A stretch of 64,000 bases of DNA from an uncultured Gemmatimonadaceae bacterium (lineage in GTDB: Bacteria > Gemmatimonadota > Gemmatimonadetes > Gemmatimonadales > Gemmatimonadaceae). Where the stretch lies: contig CAWHHI010000012.1 of assembly GCA_963829055.1 (NCBI GenBank), positions 384,001 to 448,000 on the forward strand. The letters run 5' to 3'. The position numbers and the translations under genes are program-made. Under the pieces are notes generated by a model. The model saw only the letters and a program-made list of their open reading frames with translations. It had not been told where the DNA came from and did no database searches. Positions 1 through 11,742 of this stretch are shown here, in pieces. Every line of letters starts with the position of its first letter. Position 1 is the stretch's first letter.

Positions 1-31
1 GGGCACCGCGACGGCGGCGCCGTCTGACGCG

Positions 32-1066
32 CTACGCCGCGCGCTGCGACGCGAGGCCGCGGCGAGCGCGCGCGCCGGGCGAAGTCGCGGGGACACCACT
101 GCGTGACGGCGCAGTCGTGCGCGCACCAGTGACGATGAGCACCACCGCGATCACGATCACGCCCATGGCCACGCCGGTGCGCATCGTAAACGCCTCACCG
201 AGAATCGCCCAGCCGAGCAATACTGCCACAACCGGATTCACGTACGCATGCGTCGCGACGCGCGACGGCACGGAGACGCGCATGAGCCACAGGTACGCGC
301 TGAACCCAACGAGCGCACCGGCAACCACGAGATACGCGATGGCCACGACCGAGCTCGGCGTAATGGCCGCCAGCGACACGCGATGATGTTCCCCGAGCAC
401 GAAGCCAATTCCGAGGGATAGCACGGCTCCCGCGATCATCTGCATTCCGGTCGCCCGAGCTGGCGCCGCCGGGAGCGCCGCGCGACGCGAGTACAGCGCA
501 CCGCCAGACCACGTGAGCGCCGCGAGCGCCAGCGCGCCGACGCCTAACAAGTCGACACCCGAACCAGGCGCGGCGAGTGACGGTCCAATCAGAATGGCCA
601 GGCCGCCGATGCCAACCGCGACGCCAGCAATGACGCGGGGCGCTGGCGCCTGCCGGGCACTCAGGGCTTCGAGCAACACCATCCAGAGCGGTGTCGTCGC
701 CAGCACGAGCGACGTGATGCCGGAGGGAACGGAGAGCTCCGCCCAACTGACGAGCGCAGTCCCGCCGACGATCAGCATGGCTCCGACCAGGAACGCATCG
801 CGCCACGCGCGAACGCGGCTACTCACACGAAGCGCCGGATCCTCACTCGGCGTCCCTTTCGCTCTCCAGCCGGACCAGGCGTACAGCAGCACGCCGGCAA
901 TCAGGAAGCGCGTCCCCGTCATGAGGAACGGCGGCACCGTTTCGATCGCGTACTTGATCGCGAGGTACGTCGAGCCCCAGATGAGATAGATCGCCGCAAA
1001 CGCGGCGCCGAGCATCAGGCGCGACGGTGCGGCGGCGGGTTCGGTCGGCCGATCAACGGTTGTCAT
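32..1066 (-). CDS. EamA/DMT family transporter (YedA-like)
   Basis: AIYLIWGSTYLAIK and HAYVNPVVAVLLG motifs, ~10 TM segments; likely start MTTVDRP at 1066. Confidence 0.9.
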   Translation of the reverse strand: MTTVDRPTEPAAAPSRLMLGAAFAAIYLIWGSTYLAIKYAIETVPPFLMTGTRFLIAGVLLYAWSGWRAKGTPSEDPALRVSSRVRAWRDAFLVGAMLIVGGTALVSWAELSVPSGITSLVLATTPLWMVLLEALSARQAPAPRVIAGVAVGIGGLAILIGPSLAAPGSGVDLLGVGALALAALTWSGGALYSRRAALPAAPARATGMQMIAGAVLSLGIGFVLGEHHRVSLAAITPSSVVAIAYLVVAGALVGFSAYLWLMRVSVPSRVATHAYVNPVVAVLLGWAILGEAFTMRTGVAMGVIVIAVVLIVTGARTTAPSRSGVPATSPGARARRGLASQRAA

Positions 1067-1550
1067 CTCCAGCCTCACGAGACCGCCCGACATCGGCGCC
1101 AGCAATGGGAATCGTCGATGTCTCTTTGGCGGTCCGCAGGACGATGGTGGTCTTCGTCGATCCGATCCCATCGAGCGCGCCAATGCGTTCGGAGAGCAAC
1201 TGGTTGAGGGCCGTCGTGTCGCGCACACGCACCTTCAACATGAAGCAGTCTTCACCGGCGATGTGGTGAACTTCCTGGACCTCCGGCATGGCGACGAGCG
1301 CAGCTTCGGTGAGCGGCGCACCTCGCCGTTCCTCCGAGCGAACCAGCACGAACGCCAGCAGGCCGAGGTCAACGGCGGCGGGGTCGATGTTCGCGTTGTA
1401 GCCCCTGACCGCCCCCCGCTCTTCGAGCTTGCGGATACGCTCGAACACGGCGGACGGGGCGAGTCCGACGCGACGCCCGAGCTCCGCGTTCGAGATCCGG
1501 GCGTCCGCCTGAAGCGTCTCGAGAATGGCGAGTGAGGTTTGGTCGATCAT
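1053..1550 (-). CDS. Lrp/AsnC family transcriptional regulator
   Basis: N-terminal HTH (ISNAELGRRVGLAPSAVFERIRKLE) and C-terminal RAM domain. Confidence 0.95.
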   Translation of the reverse strand: MIDQTSLAILETLQADARISNAELGRRVGLAPSAVFERIRKLEERGAVRGYNANIDPAAVDLGLLAFVLVRSEERRGAPLTEAALVAMPEVQEVHHIAGEDCFMLKVRVRDTTALNQLLSERIGALDGIGSTKTTIVLRTAKETSTIPIAGADVGRSREAGDDNR

Positions 1551-1586
1551 ACGGCCAAACCTAGTGATTTACAGTCGAATCGTCAA

Positions 1587-2474
1587 CTACAGTGCCGTTT
1601 CACAGGCGATTCGTCTGTCTACGACGGTCGGACGCAACTCCAGCGCTACGCAGAGCGCATCGGCCATCTGGCCCGCCGTCATGTAGCGCTCGGCAGGATC
1701 CGCCACGAGCGATCGCCGGAGCACGGTCGCAAGCTCGTCCGGCACGTCGCGTCTGAGCGTCCGAATATCCGGCGGGGGCTCATCGATTCGCCGCTGCATC
1801 GACTCCCGCGGCGAGGAGGCCGCGAACGGCAACTGGCCCGTGAGCATCTCCAGCAGCACGCATCCCAGCGAATAGAGATCCGACCGGGAGTCGGCCACCC
1901 GCCGGCCGGCGACCTGTTCGGGGCTGATGTAGTTCGCCGTGCCGACAATGTATTTCTTCGGGTCGCGGGAGTCGGCGGCGGACGTCAGCGCCGGTGCGCG
2001 CGCATGCCCGAAATCGAGCAGGACAGCCGCGTTAGGCGTGAGCAGGATGTTGTCCGGCTTCACGTCGCGGTGCACGACGCCGTGCGAGTGCACGTGACCG
2101 AGTGCCAGTGCGATGTCGCGGGCGATACGCGCGGCATCGCTCGTGGAAAACGCGCCGTCGCGCGCGAGACGCTGGCGTATCGTCTCGCCTTCGAGGAACG
2201 GCATGGCGAAGAACAGCGTGCCCTGCGCCTCACCCGCATCGCGGATGGGCACGATGTTGGGGTGCGACATCTTCTGCAGGATCTGCATCTCGAGCAGGAA
2301 GAACTTCGACCGTTCCACCGCCGCCGCGCCGGTCTTCATGACTTTCACGACCACGCGCTCACCGTCGCGCTCACGCGTCGCGAGGTATACACGCGACGTC
2401 GCGCCAGTCCCGAGCTCGCCCGCGATGGACCAGCCGGTGCCCAGCCGCGATTCAATGGCGGCGATAAGATTCAT
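1587..2474 (-). CDS. Hanks-type Ser/Thr protein kinase (kinase domain only)
   Basis: GxG loop, VVVK, HRDVKPDN, DFG, GTANYISPEQ, SDLYSLG. Confidence 0.93.
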   Translation of the reverse strand: MNLIAAIESRLGTGWSIAGELGTGATSRVYLATRERDGERVVVKVMKTGAAAVERSKFFLLEMQILQKMSHPNIVPIRDAGEAQGTLFFAMPFLEGETIRQRLARDGAFSTSDAARIARDIALALGHVHSHGVVHRDVKPDNILLTPNAAVLLDFGHARAPALTSAADSRDPKKYIVGTANYISPEQVAGRRVADSRSDLYSLGCVLLEMLTGQLPFAASSPRESMQRRIDEPPPDIRTLRRDVPDELATVLRRSLVADPAERYMTAGQMADALCVALELRPTVVDRRIACETAL

Positions 2475-2528
2475 TGTCGTGTGAAGGGTCCCGTCGTCAC
2501 TCGGTCACCAGATAGACGACCGAACGGG

Positions 2529-5096
2529 TCAGACGGCTACGGCTTCCTCGGGCTCCGGGCTAACGACGTCCCATTCATTGCCACACTTGACGCACTTTCG
2601 GAACTCGCCCCGAGTCTTGTTCGACTTCATCTCGGCGCCGAGGTATCCGCATTCCGGGCACTTCTCGGGTACCGGCTTGTCCCAACACACGAAGTCGCAG
2701 TTCGGATAGTTGGAGCAGCCGTAGAACGCCTTGCCACGTTTCTTGGAGCGACGCTCGGCGATCTCGCCGCCGTCTTTCGGACAGATCACGCCCGTGGGCA
2801 TCGACCGTGTCCCACGACACTTCGGAAAGCGACTGCAACCGAGGAAAAAGCCGGACCGGCCGTCACGTTTGAGCATTGGCGCGCCGCACTCGTGACATAT
2901 GTACGACGTTGGCTCGGCTGGCTTGCGGTCACCCTTGAGGGGTCGGGTGAACTTACACGTCTTGGGGTGGTTCTCACAGGCGACGAACGGTCCGAAGAAC
3001 CCGCCTTTGGCCATGAGTCGGCCGCCGCAGTCCGGGCATTTCTCCGTCGCCAGCGCCGACAGGTCATGCGCCTCGGCGATGAGGCTCTCGACCTGCACAG
3101 AATTGAGGGACTTCTCGAACGGGCCATAGAACTCGCTGAGGACGCGCCGCCACGGCATGGCGCCTTCCTCGATCTTGTCGAGCTCGCCTTCCATCCCCGA
3201 GGTGAAGCCGACGTTGAAGATGTCGGGGAATTGCTTCACCATCACGCGTTCGACACTCTCGCCTAACGACGTCGGGAAGAACCGCCGCTGTTCGAGCTGC
3301 GTGTAGTGGCGATCTACCAGAGTGGAAATAATCTGGGCATAGGTAGAAGGGCGGCCGATCCCGAGTCGCTCGAGCTCTTTCACGAGGCTCGCTTCCGAGA
3401 AGCGTGGGGGCGGCTCGGTGAAGTGCTGTGAGGGCGTGATCTCACGCACCGGGACACAGCTGTCCCTTTTCCAGCACGGGCAGCGCCTGCTCGTCTTCCA
3501 GGGCGCGGTGGTCGCCTTCCTCGTGCGTCTCGCGATAGAGCGCGAGGAAGCCGGGGAACTTGATCACGCTTCCCGTCGAGCGGAATAGATACGTGTGGGA
3601 CGTCTGGATGCCGACGTCCGCCTGGGCGAGGTCGTAGTCGACCGTGGTCGTGTCGAACACCGCCGGCGCCATCTGCGACGCCATGAAGCGCTGCCAGATG
3701 AGCTGGTAGAGCTTGAACTGGTCGTCCTTGAGATAGCGCCTAACGAGATCCGGCCGGCGTGACGGGTCGGTCGGTCGAATCCCTTCGTGCGCGTCCTGCG
3801 CGTTCTGCGCGTTGTTCTTGCCGCCGCCATAGAGCATTGGCGACGCGGCGAGATAATCCGCGCCGAACAGGGTGCGCAGGTGGTCACGCGCCTGGAGCGC
3901 GGCACTCTCGGCCACACGCGTCGAGTCCGTGCGCATGTACGTGATGAGCCCGACCGCGCCCTCGGCGGGGCCGATGTCGATGCCCTCGTAGAGGTCCTGC
4001 GCGAGACGCATCGTGCGCTTCGACCCGAAGCTGAGCTTCTTCGCGGCTTCCTGCTGCAGCGTGCTGGTCGTGAATGGCGGCGACGAGTTCTTGCGACGCT
4101 CGCGGCGCTTTACCTCGGTGACCGGGAATGCCCCGATCACTTCCCCGTTCGGCGAACGCTGATCACGTCGAGCGACAGCCGCGGCTACGCGCTCGACTTC
4201 ACCGACCATGGCCTGCGCGTCGGGCCCGTTACCAATCTCCGGCTTCTTGCCGTCGACGTGATGGAGCTTCGCCGTGAAGCGCTGCGCGTTCGCCTCGAGC
4301 TGTGCCTCGATGGTCCAATACTCGACCGCCTTGAACGCGCGAATCTCTCGCTCGCGCTCGACGATCAGCCTGAGCGCGACCGTTTGCACGCGGCCCGCGG
4401 AGATGCCCTTCTTGACCGTCTTCCAGAGGATTGGGCTCGCCTTGTAGCCGACGAGTCGATCGAGCACGCGTCGCGCCTGCTGGGCTTCGACCTTCTTGTC
4501 GTCGATCTGGCCGGCATTCGCGATAGCGCGCTGCACGGCGTCCTTCGTGATCTCATGGAACATCACGCGCCGCACGGGGGCCCCGCCGCGCCGCTTGATC
4601 TGTTCCGACACGTGCCAGGCGATCGCTTCGCCTTCCCGGTCAGGGTCGGTCGCGAGGAAGACTTCCTTGGAATCGTGCGCGGCAGACTTGAGATCCGCGA
4701 GCGTTTTCTCCTTTCCCGAGATGGTGACGTACTCGGGCTCGAAGCCGTTCGCGATGTCGATACCGAGCTTCTTCTCAGGCAAGTCCCGCAGATGCCCGAC
4801 GGTCGCCTTCACGCGGTAGCCACGACCAAGGTACTTGCCGATGGTCTTGGCTTTCGCGGGCGATTCGACGATCACGAGCGACGTCGAACCGGCGGGTGCC
4901 GGTGTCGCATCGTCCTCGCCCGGAACGGTCGCGGCGACCTTGCGGCCGCGCGCTTTCGTCGCGGCCTTCTTCTTCGCCGCTGGACGGCGACGAGGCGTCT
5001 TGGCCGCCGGGCGCGCGGCGCTCCCGCGCCCCGCTACCCGACGGGTGCGACTGGTTCTTCGGTCGATTCGGACGACGGTTCCTTCTTTCGGGCCAT
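2529..5096 (-). CDS. topA: DNA topoisomerase I; frameshift near 3445 and probably near 5035
   Basis: IVESPAKAKTI, ATDPDREGE, SAGRVQ, GLITYMRTDS (ORF 3442-4875); GIGRPSTYA and C4 zinc ribbons (ORF 2529-3449); upstream ATG at 5096. Confidence 0.93.
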
Positions 5097-5100
5097 TCTG

Positions 5101-5535
5101 TCAGTGAACGGTAGCGTGATCGGACGACGGGCCGGACGGGTCGTACCCTGAACCCTCCATAAGCGCCCGCAGGTCGTCGAGCGCAATACGACCATCGATC
5201 TGCATGAGCGCCCGCTCGATCACGTGCTCGAGCTCGGCGGTGGTCAGCGCCCCGGAACCGGTGAGCGTCAGCAAGTGGCCCCAGGCATCAGGGGCGAACC
5301 GACCACGCTCGTGCGGGCCCATCACGCGAAAGGTCATGTGGTTGTGAACGACCGACTGAGCGCCGGTCGCGCGAATAGGAATCTCTGAGAACAGCAGCGA
5401 CAGAATCTCACCAATCTGGCGCCTATCGTACCCTTCGTACGACAAAAACGCTTCGACCTCCTCGACGTTCGCGTCTGCGGCGAACCGCTCGCGCAACACC
5501 GACAGGAGGTCTGCCAACCGATCATCCATGGCCAA
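5101..5535 (-). CDS. smg: DUF494/Smg family protein
   Basis: Size, RVMGPHERGRF...ELEHVIERAL pattern, and the typical position upstream of topA. Confidence 0.7.
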   Translation of the reverse strand: MAMDDRLADLLSVLRERFAADANVEEVEAFLSYEGYDRRQIGEILSLLFSEIPIRATGAQSVVHNHMTFRVMGPHERGRFAPDAWGHLLTLTGSGALTTAELEHVIERALMQIDGRIALDDLRALMEGSGYDPSGPSSDHATVH

Positions 5536-5537
5536 AC

Positions 5538-6107
5538 CTATCCGGCCTTTATAGTAGAGGCAAGCTCGACGAGTTTATCTACAACTCTTTTCACGTCAAG
5601 CAGTTCCGCGCTTACGACGTGATCCGCCTGGGCATAGAGCTTTTCGCGGTCCACGAGAAAACGCTTGAGCTCAGCGAGCGGATCAGGCCTGGAAAGTAGC
5701 GGCCGGGCCGAGCGCTGGGAGCCCAAACGGGCGAGCGCGGTTTCCGGCTTGACCTTGAGATAGAGCAGGATCGCCGGCGGTCGAATGATCTCGACCACGC
5801 CCTTGTTGGTGACCCAACCACCACCCGGCGCGACGACCATGTTCCCGCACTGCCGGAGCTCCAGCGTCAGCTCCTGCTCGAGCTGGCGGAAGTACGGTTC
5901 GCCGCGGACCGCGAAGATCTCGGAGATCGTAGACCCTTCGCGGCGCTCGATCTCGCGATCGAAATCGAGAAACGACCGGTTCAGCCGCTCGGCCAGTGCT
6001 TCGCCGACGACGCTCTTTCCCGCGCCGGGCAGCCCGACGAGGATGAGGTGTGGCTTCCCGACTTCAACGTCGGAGACGTTCTGCGACGTGCGAAAGATAG
6101 CTGTCAT
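5538..6107 (-). CDS. aroK: Shikimate kinase
   Basis: GLPGAGKS P-loop, DFDREIE, GEPYFR, GGG, RPLL. Confidence 0.95.
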   Translation of the reverse strand: MTAIFRTSQNVSDVEVGKPHLILVGLPGAGKSVVGEALAERLNRSFLDFDREIERREGSTISEIFAVRGEPYFRQLEQELTLELRQCGNMVVAPGGGWVTNKGVVEIIRPPAILLYLKVKPETALARLGSQRSARPLLSRPDPLAELKRFLVDREKLYAQADHVVSAELLDVKRVVDKLVELASTIKAG

Positions 6108-7255
6108 AGTTGCGCCTCGTTTCCGCGAGCGAATCGCCGCCGAACTTTTCGAGAGCCGCCTGCGCCAATACGAACGCCGTCATCGCTTCCGCAATGACGC
6201 CCATGGCTGGGACGGCGGTCACGTCGCTGCGCTCCGCCGTTGCCGACGCGCTCTCCCCTGTCGCTACGTCCACGGTCGCCAACGGGCGCATGAGCGTGCT
6301 GATAGGCTTCATGGCCACCCGCAACACCAGTGGCTCCCCCGTTGTCATGCCGCCTTCGAGCCCTCCGGCTCGATTCGTCCTGCGACGAACATTGCCTGCC
6401 AGCGTTCGGCCCGGCGCCGGCTCCATCTCGTCGTGCACGTCGGCTCCAGTGCGTCGTGCTGCCTCGAACCCAATGCCGACTTCTACTCCCTTGACGGCCG
6501 GAATGGACATGAGCGCGGCAGCGAGCCGGCCGTCCAGCTTTCGATCCCACGACACGTGAGACCCGAGCCCCACCGGTAACCCGCGACACACGACTTCACA
6601 GATGCCACCGAGCGTGTTGCCTTCCCGCTTGATCGCATCGATATGCGTAATCATCACCGCCTCAGCGGCACGGTCAAGCGTCCTGAGCGGCGACGCATCG
6701 GCCGCGCCGTTGATGTCATCCGGCAGCGGATCCGGCACGCTCGCGTCGATGCCGCCCAGGTGCACGAGGTGACTTCCGATCTGCACGTCGAGCTCGGACA
6801 AGCAGCCGCTTGCAGATCGCCCCCGCCGCGACGCGCGCGGTCGTCTCGCGTGCGGACGCACGCTCGAGGATGTCGCGTGCATCATCGCGGTCGTACTTGA
6901 GTAGACCCGTGAGGTCCGCGTGTCCCGGACGCACGCGCGTCACGGCGCGGCGGCGCGGATCAGGATCTCCATCGCGCGGCGCCGCATCCATCACGTCCTG
7001 CCAATTCTTCCAATCGCGATTCGCTATGGACATCGCGATCGGCGAACCGATCGTCTGGCCCGCCCTAACGCCTGAAAGAAACTGCACCACATCGGATTCG
7101 ATCTGCATCCGCCGGCCGCGCCCGTACCCCTGTTGGCGTCTCGAGAGCTCGACGTCGACATGCTCGGCCAGAAGCGGAAGCCCGGCCGGCATTCCTTCGA
7201 GTACGCTGACGAGCGCCGGCCCGTGTGATTCTCCAGCGGTGGTGAAGCGCAACAT
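6064..7255 (-). CDS. aroC: Chorismate synthase (frameshift ~6800)
   Basis: [26 protein letters not shown] in one frame; [21 protein letters not shown] in another. Confidence 0.95.
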
Positions 7256-7277
7256 GACGATGGTATCACCTTAAATG

Positions 7278-7306
7278 CGCGAGCCCGACCAAGGCCGGGC
7301 TCGCGA
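7278..7306 (-). terminator. GC-rich hairpin between the lipoprotein gene and aroC
   Basis: cgcgagccc-N~10-gggctcgcg. Confidence 0.4.
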
Positions 7307-7336
7307 GTCAATGCGGATCAGCGGAGCTGTGCGTCG

Positions 7337-9785
7337 CTATTTGATATCGCTCGCGTGCACATCAATCATAACCAATCCTTCCGGCGTCAACCCGAACAGC
7401 TTCACGACCAGTGAGGCATCGGCTGCTTTCTCGGCCGTCGTCGGGTATACCGCGCGGAGCGGTCCATAGAGATTGCTGCGAATCGGAATGCGACCACGCA
7501 GTCGGTAGCTGTAGCTGTCGACGATCTGGATCGAGAAGTCACCCGAGGCGACGAACGCGACGCGCGCGGAGAGATCGGCGGTCTGCTCGTCCACGTTTCC
7601 GGGGTGGAACGCCACGCCAGCACCCGCGGCGAACGTAGCGTACTTGCCCTGCAGGCGCAGCGCCGAATCGGAGAAGAACGTCTCGACGCCGTGCACCACG
7701 ATGTTCGTACTGTTGTTGTTGATCGCGAGACCGAACACCCGGTCCGACGCGTTGTTGGTCAAATCCTTCACTTCGATCGGCGGCGAGTACTGCTCGCTGT
7801 ACGCGGGAGTTCCGCTCGGGTCGAACACGACGACGACCCGACCCGCGCCGCCACCGGTGTTCGCTTCGCCGAACGCGACACGCCGACGATCGCCGCCAAC
7901 AGCGACGAAGTTGGTATCGGGCAGCGCGAGCGAGCCGACGCTCAGGTCCTTCACGTCATCGGCGTTCGCGCCGAGCGCGCGCAGCGCCGCAATGGCCCCG
8001 GGGATCGTCGCGTCCTGGACGCACTGGCTGGTGCTCGGATCCGCACCTACCGCGTGATCGCAGACGATGATCGAATCCGGCACGCCATTCTGGCCGGCGA
8101 GCACGTCGACGTCGTCGGCGTTGAGGATGACCCAGCGACCGCGAGCGATCGTACCATACTGCCAGATCTGACGCGGCTCAGCGCGCGGATCGAGGAAGTT
8201 GTCGATGCGGCGGAGCGTGCCCGGAGAAGCTTCCTGCGTGGGACGCGTCGAGTAGTAGAGCGCACCGCTTGCCGACTGCGCGATGATACTGCGGGCGGTC
8301 GGAGTAGTCGATCGGCGCGGACACGCTGTACTTGTAGCCGCCGCTCGTCTGGTCCTTCGACCAGCTGACGTCGAAGATATACGCGTTCGCGGTCTTGATG
8401 CGGCCAGACTCGCTGCGGCTCGCTAGGTCCACGCGGCTGATGTTCGTGCCGCCGGAGTTCGCGACGAGCAGCATGGAACCGCTGTTGTCGATCGCCATGC
8501 CCCATGGCTGCGCGCCGACGGACACCGCGGCCAGCTTGGACACCGTGGCGCCGTAGTCGAACGCCTCGAGCTCGTTCTTGTTGATGTTCGAGACGTAGAC
8601 GCGAGACCGCACGGTGTCGACGGCGATGTCCGCACCGAGGCTGCCGACGGGCAGGCTCGTGGTATGGCCGAACGCGAAGACCGTAGGATCGCGTTTCGCG
8701 ATGGCGTCGCTCGAGGTCGGAATGTTCGCTCCGCTCGCGACGGCAAAGCCCTTGTGGTTCGCCTGATCGACGGCGTACCCGATCACGAACAGCCCGCGTC
8801 CGCGCAGGGTTGCCGGGACGTTCCATTCGATGCGTCGCACGACCTGCTGCGCCGGCGTGGCGATCGGAATCTCGAACGAGCCGACCTGCAAGCCGGTCGA
8901 GTCCTTCACGATGTACCCCAGCGCCTTGATCAGCCCGTCCGGGTCGCGGCCGGTGAGATCCAGTGAGTCGCCGGCCTCCATGCGGGGCGGGACGGTCTGA
9001 TAGACGAGCGGGGTCTGCGTGTCGGCGCCGGGCGCCCCGACGCGGACGGTCATGGCGTCACCCGTGCCTTGCAGCCCGTTCCGGTTTTCGGCAAACGGTG
9101 TGACGGTGAACGTCGCGCCAACAGCGACGGACGACGGCACGGTGAACGAGAAGGTGACCGTGTCGTTCTTTGGGTAGGGCACCGAGAAGAGCGAACTATC
9201 CGAACGCGTCAGCGCGGACGGCCCACTCGACCGGTACCCGAGTTTGGTGATGCCGAGCGTGTCGATACCCTGCACGCTGAGCGTGTAGGTGCCGCCAGCA
9301 ATGACGGCCGCGTCGGGATTCAGGAGGAGGACGCCTGGAATCGTCGGATCGAACGCGACAGCGGTGACCTCGGCGGTTCCCTTGTTGCCGCCGGCATCGA
9401 TGACGGTCGCGCGAATGATCATCGCTCGCCCCGAGGGAACGCCCGAGAGCTGCAACTTGGAACTGCGCGAGACTGTATTCAAGCCGGCGGTCGTCGCGAC
9501 GCTATCGGCCTTGAGGACCGTGCCGTCAACGACGACACTCGTCACGATCGCCTGGATCGCGGCGTTGTCGGTCGCGTTCACCGTCACGCTGAGCGGCAAG
9601 CGAATGTTCACCGAGTCGACTTTCGGTGGCGCGTTCTTCACGCCTTCCACCGAGAGAGTCACCGTCGGGACGATGAGATCGCCCGACGATGAGGTGAGAT
9701 TGGTACTGTCGCAGCCCGCGAGCGCGGCGGCCAGCACGCCAGCAGACAGCGCACCGGGTGCCGCGCGACGAACGAAGTGATTCAT
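7337..9785 (-). CDS. Large lipoprotein with beta-rich (Ig-like) N-terminal region and YncE/YVTN-like propeller; frameshift ~8290
   Basis: Lipobox LAGC; RVYVSN, VGAQPWGMAI, LLVANSGGTNISRVDL; ORFs 8178-9785 and 7337-8104 join. Confidence 0.65.
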
Positions 9786-9819
9786 CAGAGGAGATATCGA
9801 GGGAAGATTCCGGATTCGA

Positions 9820-11742
9820 TCAGCGGGCGCCGCCGGGGGGCCGAACAGCCTCCCCTTCGTCGATGATGTGCGGGGTGATCAGCACGAGCAGGTCGCGCTT
9901 CTCTTCGCGGCTGTCCGTCTGCGAGAACAGCTTGCCGATGAGCGGCAGCTGGCTGAGGATCGGAATGCCGGAGCGGTTGCGAACGACCTGGGTCTGCGTG
10001 AGACCGCCGATGACCGCGGTCTCGCCGTCGGCGACGAGGAGCTGGTTGTCGGCGCGGCTCTTGTCGAAGAAGAACCCGAGGTCACCACCGACGACGTTCA
10101 GCCGCGATTGCTCGGCGTGGACGGTCATGCGGATCTGGCGGTTGCTCGTGATGTGCGGGGTGACGCGGAGAATGATGCCGCTTTCCTTGAACTGCACGTT
10201 GGCGCGGGCGGTAACGCCGACCTGGCCGGCGCTTCCCGCGTCGATCACGCGGATCGGCGTTTCCTGACCGACGAGAATCTCCGCCATGCGATTGTCGAGC
10301 GTGACGATGCTCGGTTCGGCCTGGAGGTCAGCGAGGTTTTCCTCGTGCAGCGCGTCGAGGAACGACGTTAGGCTGTAATTGCCAATGGCTGTAGAGAACA
10401 GGAGACTGAGCGCGGATCCGACGCGGTACTTGCGGCTCGCGTTCGCGATGCCGGCGAGCGCCTCACCACCGAGCTGCACCTGGGACTCGAGGGTGGACGC
10501 CGGCTGGCCCGGGTACGAGTGCGGCGCGAGCGTGTTGAAGTAGGCAGCCGGGCTGGCGAGGTCGTAGCTGATACCGAGATTCTCGATCGACGTGCGGTTG
10601 ACCGAGATGATCTTGGCGCGCAGCGCCACCTGTGGCGTGCGGACATCGAGGTTCTTGATGTAGCTCATCAGGTCCGGCATCCGCGACGCAACCTCGGTGA
10701 CGAGGAGCGTGTTCGTCGATGTGTCGGCGACGACGCCGCCGCGGACGATGCACGTCGCAGCACCGACAACGTTCTGCTGGTTACCGCCACCCGCACCCGA
10801 CGCCGCGGTTGTGAGACCGGCCTTGGAGCAATCCTTCGAGAGAAGCGAGGCGATCGTCTGCACGAGCGACGACGCGCTCGCGTAATTGACCGCGACGAGC
10901 TGCGTAGTCAGCGGCTCGTTCGCTTCCTTGGCGAGAATGTTCGCGTAGCTATCCACCGAGATGATCCCGGTGTTCTCTTCCGACGCGGCGAGACCCTGCG
11001 CCTGCAGGATCGCCTGCAAGGCGACATCCCACGGCTGATCCTTGATCTCGGCGGTAACCGTGCCCTGAACGTCGCGGCCGATCACGATTGTGCGCTGCGA
11101 GAACGACGCGAACGCCGCGATCACGTCGCGGATGTCGGAGTTCTGATAGGTGACGGTGATACGCGGCTGCTGTGAGCGCTGCGGATTGAACGTCAGCTTC
11201 TCGCGCGCCGCGGCAGCCGCGGTCGTGCGCGCACCGTCGTTGCGCGTCTCGGCGGCCACGCTGCCCGCCGACGCGGCGGCGACCCGATCGCCGGCGTGCC
11301 AGGCGACGAACTTCTCGGCGCCGACGACGGCGATGCGAATCTCGTTGTCATGGCGCGTCACTTCATACTCACGGCTGGCGTCGAGCTCCAGCACGAGGCG
11401 GACGACGTCCGGCTTGTACTGGGCGAGCCTAACGTTGGTGATACCCGCGCGGGATATCTTGTCGTACATCTGCAGGGGCAGGCCCAGACGCGCGCCGGTC
11501 AGGTCGATCACGACGCGATCGGGACCCGTCAGCACGAAATCAGAGACGTCGACGGGACCACTAATGCCCACGACCACTTCAGCACGTCCCGAGGACGGCA
11601 CGATGCTCACGCCAGTGACGGCGTTGACGCCCTCACGAGCGCGGGCGGGTGCGGGGGCCGTGACGTGCGCGGCGCTCGCGCGGCCGGCGCTCCCGAGCAG
11701 GGCGGCGGCCGTCAGTGCGACCAGCGTACAGACTCGACTCAT
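9820..11742 (-). CDS. pilQ: Type IV pilus secretin with AMIN domain
   Basis: AMIN motifs PDRVVIDL and VRLVLEL; secretin motifs PSIVTLDN, ILRVTPHI, GIPILSQLPLIGKLF. Confidence 0.95.
   Translation of the reverse strand: MSRVCTLVALTAAALLGSAGRASAAHVTAPAPARAREGVNAVTGVSIVPSSGRAEVVVGISGPVDVSDFVLTGPDRVVIDLTGARLGLPLQMYDKISRAGITNVRLAQYKPDVVRLVLELDASREYEVTRHDNEIRIAVVGAEKFVAWHAGDRVAAASAGSVAAETRNDGARTTAAAAAREKLTFNPQRSQQPRITVTYQNSDIRDVIAAFASFSQRTIVIGRDVQGTVTAEIKDQPWDVALQAILQAQGLAASEENTGIISVDSYANILAKEANEPLTTQLVAVNYASASSLVQTIASLLSKDCSKAGLTTAASGAGGGNQQNVVGAATCIVRGGVVADTSTNTLLVTEVASRMPDLMSYIKNLDVRTPQVALRAKIISVNRTSIENLGISYDLASPAAYFNTLAPHSYPGQPASTLESQVQLGGEALAGIANASRKYRVGSALSLLFSTAIGNYSLTSFLDALHEENLADLQAEPSIVTLDNRMAEILVGQETPIRVIDAGSAGQVGVTARANVQFKESGIILRVTPHITSNRQIRMTVHAEQSRLNVVGGDLGFFFDKSRADNQLLVADGETAVIGGLTQTQVVRNRSGIPILSQLPLIGKLFSQTDSREEKRDLLVLITPHIIDEGEAVRPPGGAR

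Noticed and set aside
1539..5151. Long plus-strand ORFs (575 aa, 454 aa) and similar antisense ORFs elsewhere
   Set aside because: Shadow ORFs of real minus-strand genes in high-GC DNA.
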